Assembly: GCA_009602725.1 (NCBI GenBank)
Contig: WELB01000030.1
Coordinates: forward strand, 24,520 to 67,626
Length of the DNA: 43,107 nt
Source: Spirogloea muscicola
Lineage: Eukaryota
Direction of reading: 5' to 3'
Position 1 is the stretch's first letter. Each line of letters opens with the position of its first letter. The notes under the pieces are model-generated. The model made no database searches and was not told the DNA's origin. It saw only the letters and a list, made by a program, of their open reading frames with translations. Below, piece by piece: positions 34,801-43,107 of this stretch. Position numbers and translations under genes: made by a program.

Positions 34801-35730
34801 TCAACATTAATTACAGGTTCTCATTGCTCGGAGGTCCTTAAGCCACTCGAGGGAAGGCTGTAACAAGAATGACTACGACCTCCTCTTTCAGCAAGTGGCA
34901 ACCCAGAGCACAGAGCTACTTCAGTGAGCATGCCCGGTGATGCTCACCTATGACGACAGCCTCTTCATCTTGTGCAACTTGCCTTGCCCAACTAGCTCAA
35001 GCAACATACAATGCATAAGGTGATTGTACTTTTGTACAGCAATTGTACCCAGCAAATTGTGCTGCAACGTAGCACTCTATTCTTTGTAGAGATATTGAAG
35101 ACAATCAAGTGACATTGCTCGGCTTTTCAGCCAAGGGGATGGAGAGTGTACGAATTGAGAGGTTTGGAATTTGCCTGGGGGGTCCCATTTGAGATTTCTG
35201 AAAAGATGTTGTACTTCATTCTGCGGGGCTGACCACGAACACATGCCTTCGTTTCTTTCTCTTCTTCCTTGTTTCTTTGTTCTCATCTGTCTCCAGCTAT
35301 CTTACTTGTCATGAAACAGTCCCTTGATAATACCCACCTCTGTTGCGTATGCCATCATCAGAAGCAAGCGACGCCCCTGTATGGATCATATATATGCAGT
35401 GCGACTATGTATGAAGCTATGGATGTCTATGGTCAATTACATAGGATAGAAGTATTAAGGGCGTGGCGAATTTGCAATTAAAGGTAGGTCACCTAATGCT
35501 TAGCTAGGCGTAAGCTGCAAGGCTAAGAGAAGCAACTGCTGGGTATGGCCTAGCTGTTTTCAGACTCCCGTGAGGCAGCGATGGGCCCCGGCATTGCCTT
35601 CCTCTGCTTGGGCGAAGTAGCTACCTGAGGGCTCCCACATCGTCAGATGGCGCGGTCGACGTGAGCCAGGCTCCAGCCATTCATCGCTGGTCTTGGCAGA
35701 AGAGTAAAGCGTCGTTTCTTAGACCTTCCA
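31805..35730 (+). repeat. segmental duplication copy 1 (direct repeat of ~39045-43098)
   Basis: Colinear similarity from the GC-rich upstream region (ggccgccgacgcc..ggccccac) through exons, introns and 3' flank to gtcgttt(c/g)ttagaccttcc. Confidence 0.85.
32039..34770 (+). pseudogene. TBL (trichome birefringence-like)/PC-esterase O-acetyltransferase-like gene, probably inactivated
   Basis: N-terminal signal/anchor RRLAVALLAFALSWASC. Splicing exon 32039-32629 to 32809 gives FNAIDLAL-LLRGKKVAFVGDSL. Later motifs: LNIGLHY, FRETLPQHF, DCTHW. A TAG at 33311 lies where the paralog has GAG. Confidence 0.75.
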
Positions 35731-36169
35731 ATACTATCACACAGCATGGCCTACATGGACGGAGTTGCGCAGACTTTTGCAGCCCCAGGTCGACGAAGGG
35801 GAGGCAAGGCACTGCCGTAGTGCCAAATGCACGATTGAAAACGTAGGCCAAGCGAATGGGGTGGTGTTGGTGAGGAGCAAGAGCAAAGCCGGATTATTAA
35901 TAATGAATGTGTTGATATGCTGAGCCAGTGTATAGCGCAGCCGCTGACGCAGCCTACTGGGCCTGTATGAGCTCTTCCTTGCAGGTTGCCTCGGCTCATC
36001 GGATCCTCTCCAATCTGAGGCAATCGGGCCTCTCCTGTGCGCCCTAGCTGTGGCTGCGCCCACCCAAAGGTGAGCGTGTAATAGTCTGATATGCGTCTGC
36101 GGCCGTGAGCGGGTCTGCGTCTGTGCTGCCGAGGGGGGGCGGTCTGCTGGTCCTTCGGAGACCTAGGCA

Positions 36170-36475
36170 CTTCGGGGGCCTTTCAGACCTTGTTCATTGC
36201 CTTTGGGCTGGCCTCTCACAGCCATTGCTTCTCTTGGAAGTGCTTATTTGCTCTGGCTCTGGCCAGGGGACCCACTTCCAGGAGCCTAGCACCTCTGATC
36301 TGCGGCTGCTTAGCAGGGGTTACTGAGTGTTTTGTTGCTGCTTTGTTTCTTTTTGTGCTTGTCTTTCTTAGCGCTTCCCCTGGCCCCCTCCTCGTACTCT
36401 GTTATTCATTTTTGGGCTGGCTTTTCCAGCCCCTATCCTCAATGGGCGAGCACTTTCTCTATTCTCTTTTCTTTT
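36170..36475 (+). mobile_element. short tail plus subfamily A 3' end
   Basis: tttgggctggcctctcacagcc at ~36202-36223, then GSGQGTHFQEPSTSDLRLLSRGY* (36326) and an A-type tail. Confidence 0.75.
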
Positions 36476-36869
36476 TCGTCGTCCTTACGGAGAGGGGCCA
36501 TCGGCCCCTTGGACGAGATTCTTCTTTAGTGGAGAGGGGCGAACGCTCAGCCGAGGACACCGACTGGGGAGGACAATGACGGGCCAGCCGAAATGAGAAG
36601 CGGCCCTTTCTAAAGGGGGCGAGGCCTGTGAAGTGCCAGCGCACAAATGACAGAAAGATGGGAAGAAAGTGGCTCTCCCAAACCCAAGGACCCAAGAATA
36701 AGCAGCTATTCAAAGGATGAAAAGGAAGACTCTTCCAGTAGAGGGCGATGACTGAGATTGACCAGCCCAGAAAAGCAATGAGCAAACTTCGTAAGGGCCA
36801 GAAAAGCGTCAATGCACACAGCGTCTCAAGTGGCCTTTGGGTGCTCAATAACCTCAATTGAGCACCCTC

Positions 36870-38745
36870 AGGTCAGGGAAACTAGTCTCCGGGTAGCGGG
36901 TCTCCTGGCCAGAGCCAGAGGGTGCAGCCAAACCGCGACCGGCACACAGATGCAACGCGCGTGCCATGGACCGCTGCAGCGAGACTGACAGGCGCATAGG
37001 ATACACCTGGGCGAGAAAGACTGCCATGTTGAAGTCAGCTGCTCCCCGTGGTAACGTCGGGACACAGCGCTGCGCGAGAGCCGGTGCAGGAGCTCCAGCT
37101 ACCGAGCGCCGAACGCCTCGTGACCATCGATGGCTACGGGGAAGAAGTCGTCCTTCCCCGGATGGTCAGCAATTTCGGATCCTTGGTCCGGGCGTCACTG
37201 CCAGCGCATGCCCTGCTTTGGAGGCAGAAGAAGTGGCACTCCCAACTCCTTTTTTCAATGGGGGCAAGGGCTGCGAAAAGCCAGCCCAAAAAGAATTCAC
37301 AAAGGTTCAGAGGGGCCTAAGAGCGGAGTGGCAGAGAGAGTGGGTTAGGCGGTGTCGAAAGCGTCGTCACCACATCCGCAGTCAGGCGCGGTCGACCAGC
37401 CGGTGGAGTGGCCAGTAGGTCGACTCGCCCGGCGTGAAGGCCGTCGCCCTCCTGTAAGCGATAAGTCCTTGACGGCCACCGTGAAGCCTGTCTCCACAAA
37501 GGTGCCGTGCATGGCATCGCGGAGGAGGTCGTGAGCCACCGTCCACGCGTACGTCGGAGGACGTTGTGAGTCAATTCCGCGGCCTTCCGCTCATCGTAGT
37601 CGCACTGAACAACCGCTGAGGCAGGGCGGCGCAGACCAAGGAGCCGATGGACGGCTAGCCGGAAGGCTTCGTCCGCGATTAGGCGCGCGTCACTGAGGCG
37701 GAGGGCCACGCCGCTGCCTCAGGTGAGAAGGCCGACCGCGCAGTCGAGCGAATTCCCTCAGGTCGGGCTCCGAAAGCAGCTGCAGGGCGGTGGCGAAGAC
37801 CACCTTGTCCAGCTCGGCTGTGGTAGCACACTTGATTGTCAGGTCGGCGGTGAGCGCGAGATGCCCTGTCAGACCTTGTCCATCCTTTGGGCTGGCCTCT
37901 CAGAGAGATTGGCGCGCCGGGATGCGGCCATTCCGCCGCAGCGGTCGGAGGCATGATGCTGGTATTCTCGAGCGCCACCGTGTAAACGGCCTCGACAAAG
38001 ATGCCAAACATCGCATTCCGCAGCAGGTCGTGTGTTCCTGTCCGCTCCCGCCCAGTGCGCACCTGAGCATGTGAGCTGCCAGTGATGCCGCATCTGAACT
38101 GCGCTCTCCGCACTCACACTGCTGCACTCCACTGAGGCAGGGTGGGTGGAGGCCGAGGAGGCGGTGCACCGCCGTATGGAAAGCGTCATCGGGCATTCGG
38201 AGCGCGTCGTGGATCGGCAGGGCAGACAACCAAGCTGCCGCCCCTGGTGAGGATGCCGAGAGCAACCGCGCCCGCCCCCGGAGGTCGGCCGATGGCAAGA
38301 AAAAGCTCGCCCATAGAAGAGAGGGGCTGGCAGAAGCCAGCCAAAAAAGAATGGACAAAATCCAAAGAGCTACAGGAGAATCACTCAGTAACCTCTGCTA
38401 AGCAGCCGCAGGTCGGAGATGCTAGGCTCGTTGAGAAGCGGCGGTTGAAGTGGGTCCCCTGGCCAGAGCCAGAGGCAGCAGCGAGGGCTCTGCCGGCACG
38501 AAGGTGCAACGCCCGGGCCATAGACCTCTGCAGCGAGACGGCCAGGCGCATTCGATACACTTGCGCCAGCGACCCGACTGCAGGAAAGTCGACCGGCTCC
38601 CCATGGAAGCGACGGGCGATGGTGTGGCAAGAGCCCCATCGCCGTGGTGAAGGAGGCCGCATCTAGCTCTGCCATGAAGCGAGCTTGTGCCCGGAGGTCG
38701 GCCGTGCGCGCGAGGTGCGCGAACAGGACGGCCCGTGGCACCAGG
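36870..38745 (-). mobile_element. mosaic of decayed CRE-like fragments
   Basis: ADLRAQARF, RMRLAVSLQRSMARALH..SDLRLLSRGY* (38385), GRARLLSASSPGAAAWLSALP..QCECG..HMLRC, HDLLRDAM. B tail at 37226-37320 and A tail at 38298-38360. Confidence 0.75.
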
Positions 38746-39229
38746 GCGGGGTTACTGAGTGCCTCGTGGGCACGAGGCACTTTCTATTCGGGCTGGCCTC
38801 TCACAGCCACCAGTCAATCTGGCCGCGCTTTTCTCTTTCCATTCGGAGCGCATTTCTTGCGAAGGGCGCCAGGGCGCCGGGGGGCGGCCGCCGGCGGCCG
38901 GCGCGGGCCACGGGCGGCTGGCGCAGCGGGGGCGCAAGCCGCGGCCGGCGCCTCCCCTCCACCTCCTCTCCTCCGCCGGGGGCACCTTGTCGATTACGAT
39001 CAAGCTGGCCCCTTTTGGGAGAGCCAGTTCTGTCCGCCGGGGATACCTGGGCCGCCGACGCCGGGGCCGGCCCCACCCCACCGGTGCGCTGAGGACAACG
39101 GGGAGGCGCCCCACCGGGCTCACTCCCGCCGCCTTTCCAGCCGGCTACAGCCATTCCACGCGCCGGCCGCCCCTAGCCCGCCCCGAGCACTGCACCCCGG
39201 CCTGGCTGCTGGACCCTACCGTGCCCGCC

Positions 39230-41880
39230 ATGGCGGCGCCCGCGCCCAGCGCCTCCGCCCGGCGGCTCGCCTTCGCCCTCCTGGCCTTCGCGCTCTCCTG
39301 GGCCTCCTGCGACATCTCTGGCGGCCCGCCGTCGAGCTCGCGGCTTCGGTGGCCGCCGTGCCGGTTGCGTCCTCGCGTGGCGGCCGTGGCGGCCGTGGCG
39401 GCCGTGGCGCGCTGCCTGCCGCCCCGCAGCCTCGGCGGACTTATTCCGAGGGTCGGCATCCGCCGCCGCTCCTGCGCCCTGCGCGGCTTGTTCTTGCCTC
39501 CCTCGGACGCGCCGCCAGCATCGCCGCAGCCCGCCTTCTGGCACCTGCGGGCCTCCCAGCGAGTGCCGTGGCCGTAAGACCTTCCCGTCGTCGAAGAATC
39601 ATCACTTCTGTTGGGCAGCGGCAGTGGAAACGGCGGGGGCGATTCGCTGAAGCAAATGAAGGAGGCAGTGGTGGCGCGTCGAGGAGCTACCAGTGGGTGA
39701 ATGTGACCATTACTGACGGAGCAAGCCCTGCAACTTTGGGAACTTTGAGCAAAACCTTGCCTCCGCCACCAAGGCCAGGTACCGCCGCGACATGAGCGCC
39801 GGCCTCCCTGCCTGATCTGGGGCCACCTCAATCACCTGTTTGACGCGCACTTTTGTCCTGCCTCGCACAGCTCCACCGCCCATTGACGAATCTCTGCTGA
39901 ACTGCGACTGGCGTGACAGCTGCTAAGACGTAAGAAGGTTGTGTTCGTCGGGGACTCACTCACTGGCCAGCTCGTGGGAAACTTCATATTGTCACCGCAG
40001 AAGAATGGCTACAAGGACGTGGTCGACTGCGGCACAACAGTCTGGGCTCCTTCGATTTGAACTGCGGGCAGCCTGGCTTGCATGGATGCTTCGAGCAACT
40101 TCGAACCCCTAGCTTGGCGCCTGATATCTGCAGCCGTGAGGCTACACCTTGGCACCACTGCGAGCAGGGTCAAGGAGCACCGCTGAGCACCTCCTAGAGA
40201 AAAAGCCTGAGCCCAGCTGTCTCTCTGCTACCAAGGTGTGGCGGCGCGTAAGGCCTGCGAGTGGACTGACTTTACCTCATTGTTCCTAGAGTGAAGCTGG
40301 TTCTACGACGTGAAACCAGATGACACCATGGAGCAGATGCTGGCCAAGGCCTCCAATGTGCAGGACCCCGACAAGAAGCCCTCCTCACTCAGGGAGGAGA
40401 CAGTGCTCGGCTGGCCTTTTGAGAATGCCACCTGGACCTGCTGGCGAGGTATTGCACCTTTCATGTCTCTTTCCTGCATAATGCAGGCACTGAAGCCAGA
40501 CTTCCACTACATCTGGCTCTCTGAGCTGCTTCTGACCACTAGCGGCAAGGAAACTGCTCTGCTGTTGCGAAGCTAGCATGTGCTGCCAAGGGAAGGCAAT
40601 GCATCGACTGCTGAGTGCCCAATTGTGTGTGCAGCTTGCAGAGTTTCTTCACCTGCAGCATGGGCAACAGTCTTAATCTGCCACAAACAGTCTCTGTCTT
40701 ACTCTGTCTTTACTGAGCCCTTATCTGCACACCATTGTCAGCATCAAGCTTGAGGTACTTATCACTTCACCAACTTGACCTCCTGCAGCCTTCCATATGC
40801 TTCCCAGCATTTATAAGTGGCCTGGCATAAATACATTTCCAGCCCAGCTCGAGTACATTGCCCAGAAGTTTGATATGGTGAATACTGGGGATGAGCTTAG
40901 GCAACTTGCTGCTGTCTCGACCTGCAAGTATGTGCTTAAACCAATTTGTGGGAGTGGCAACGGGGTTGAGCTTCTGCAACTTGACACTGACGACCTTTAT
41001 ACATAAGCTGTTGTAGAGGCACTCCAAGACAAAGTACAGAACACTAACCCTTCAATTCAAGCATGTATTTGACGGCCACAGTAGCTTCTATCTTGCTGCA
41101 GGGCATCTTCAATATTGGATTGCACTACCATAATTGGCAGGTAAAGGGCCTCCGTTATAATATGCACATATCAGCTAAGTACATACGCGTTACAGCACAG
41201 AGAAGAACCGCGTGGGGCTTTTCTGGGGGACTTTGCCGCAACACTTTTTCAGCCTCAGTAGCAATGGCATCTTCCCTTTCCATACAAGTTGGCAGAGAAT
41301 GCCACCAAGGCAGACCTTGTAATCTGCCACCCTGCACCTCGAGTGCATCAGGTAAGCTTTGCTCCCTCTCGCCCTGCTGGTGTGGGGCTACTTCCGCCAC
41401 GCAAATACATGACATAGAAGCAACGCTGCAAAGAGAAGCCAGAATCCAGCAATTGTGTGATGGAGTTGCTGACATGCACGCTGTTCCATGATGGCAGCAG
41501 CATCATTTCATGTTGACCCGATGAGTCACTTTTTGTTTGGTCTCTGAGCAGTGGCGAAATGATGTCATGTAGGAGGTGGCGATCGAGAAGCAGGTGCCAG
41601 TGCAGCAGATCTTCCATCAGATGGACATGCACGGCTTTCACGGGACAAATCCTAAGACTACTGTACGCACTGGGCCAACCTGGACATAACGTGGCTGCCT
41701 GCACTCGATACCACATATACCACGACAGCGGCAGGAATGTGCCGGTGGCAGATGCTGGCCAAGAACGACTGTGACAACCACTTCCCTGCCGTCCATCACA
41801 GCACAGTGCGGCACCGAGAGCCAGACCTTGATGGTGCTGTGCATTTGTCTAGCTGGGACCGGCCGCGACAAGAGGAATAG
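39230..41880 (+). pseudogene. TBL/PC-esterase paralog, pseudogene
   Basis: MAAPAPSASARRLAFALLAFALSWASC, LLRRKKVVFVGDSL (~39920-39960), FNIGLHY and CTHWANLDITW. It lacks the segment encoding RHTEWRY..FNAIDLAL and the exon-1 donor, and has frameshifts in later exons. Confidence 0.75.
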
Positions 41881-42522
41881 CACAGGTCTGGGTGAAAATC
41901 CACCTCAACATTGACCACAGGTTCGCATTGCTTGCAGGTCCTTACGCCACTCGATGGAAAGCTGTAATAAGGACTATCACTGCCTCCTTTTTCAGCAAGT
42001 GGGAATCCAGAGCACGTAGCTACTCCAGTGAGCATGCCTGGTGATGCTCACCTATAAAGACAGCTAGTGACGGCCTTATCATCTTGTGCAACTTGCCTTG
42101 ACCAACTAGCTCAAGCAACATACAAATTCCCAGGCGAATGTACAGTTGTAAAGTAATCTCAGCAGTTCGTGCTGCAAGCAAGCAGTTCATGCTGCATACA
42201 AGTTGACCGCAGTTCAGTAATATTGCTCCGCTTCTCAGCCAAGGGGATAAAGAGGTTACGAAGTTAGAGGTTGACATTTTTCCTGGGGGCTCTTTCGAGA
42301 TTAGATTAATGTGGAGATATCGTAGTCCGTTCTGCAAGGCTGACCGGGGACATACGCTTTCTTTCTTTTTTGGCCACACATGGCCTCCCCATCTCTTAAT
42401 ACACGTCTTTTTCCTTCCTTCCTTTCTCTTCTTACGTTTTTCTTATTTAACTTTCTCCAGGTGTCCTACTTGTCAATAACACAGTCCCTTGATAACACCC
42501 ACGATTGACTATTGTTCCATGC

Positions 42523-42730
42523 AAAGTGCCGCTTCTCCTGCTCCGAGTTACTCTGATCTGCTGTTGCTCACACGTGGATACTGAGCAGCCATCTGCATCT
42601 CCCTCTGCACCGTCTTGCACATTGTAGTGTAGTCCTTTTTCAGCACCTCTTTCTTTGGCTTTGAATATTGTCCATTCTTTTTGGGTTGGCTTTGCCAGCC
42701 CCTCTTCTCAATGGGCGAGCACCTTCCTTC
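42523..42730 (+). mobile_element. 208-bp 5'-truncated CRE-like insertion with perfect 12-bp TSD
   Basis: attgttccatgc at 42511-42522 and 42731-42742. The insert encodes SDLLLLTRGY* and ends with an A-type hairpin tail (..gcgagcaccttccttc). It is absent from the paralogous site at ~35340-35355. Confidence 0.9.
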
Positions 42731-43107
42731 ATTGTTCCATGCCATCACCAGAAGCAAGGAATCCCCTGCTTTGGTTGAGAAACATGCAAGTTAGTATGAA
42801 GGTTTTGATCTGTTTGGTCAATCACCGAAAGTATTAGGGGCACGCCAATACTCAAGTAAGGTAAGTCACGCAATGCTATCGTAAGCTGCAGGAATTACGA
42901 AAGTAACCGCCAAGTACGACCTTGCTGTCACCAAACTCCCGTGAGCTAGCGATGGGTCCCCTCGACATTCTCTGCTTTGGGCGACTTAGCTAGCTGAGGG
43001 CTCCCACTTCTTCTAATGGCGTCATTGATGTGAGCCAGGCTCTAGCCAGTCATTGCTGGTCTTGGCAGAAAAGTACATCGTCGTTTGTTAGACCTTCCGG
43101 GGGGGGG

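Larger units (their letters stand above)
39045..43098 (+). repeat. segmental duplication copy 2
   Basis: Colinear with 31805-35730, with a deletion near 39750 and insertions near 42370 and 42523-42730. Confidence 0.85.

Noticed and set aside
38644..39795. 383-aa and other long overlapping ORFs in GC-rich zones (also 31510-32409, 29836-30789)
   Set aside because: These are stop-poor high-GC shadow frames of TE or TBL sequence with no recognisable motifs.
43099..43107. Terminal poly-G run, and single Ns at 9871 and 31663
   Set aside because: Likely contig-end or assembly artefacts in GC-rich sequence rather than biology.

Overview
GC-rich, intron-containing eukaryotic nuclear DNA, most likely from a streptophyte green alga. 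This is an inference from a plant-type Der paralog, TBL genes, a plant-type nad7 piece, an algal-type 5.8S and a B12-dependent enzyme. The left third is a TE-poor gene island with a head-to-head pair: a complete 17-exon methylmalonyl-CoA mutase (3349-9678, minus, 822 aa) and an 8-exon Der/EngA double GTPase (9969-13177, plus, 574 aa). They are separated by 290 bp holding telo-boxes between inverted CGG/CCG tracts. Positions 1-835 and about 14850-43107 contain roughly 20 5'-truncated, partly nested copies of a CRE-like non-LTR retrotransposon (RT, zinc knuckle, restriction-like endonuclease) from several subfamilies. They share a C-terminal SDL(R/L)LL(T/S)RGY* peptide and hairpin-containing, pyrimidine-ended 3' tails without poly(A), and three insertions have 8-12 bp TSDs. 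Embedded among them are three decayed TBL/PC-esterase paralogs (two from a ~4 kb direct duplication) and a chimeric patch of a mitochondrial nad7 fragment fused to an ITS2-5.8S-ITS1 rDNA pseudogene. Gene models were built by hand from splice sites and frame continuity. TE boundaries are approximate, no searches were run, and subfamily letters are my own labels.
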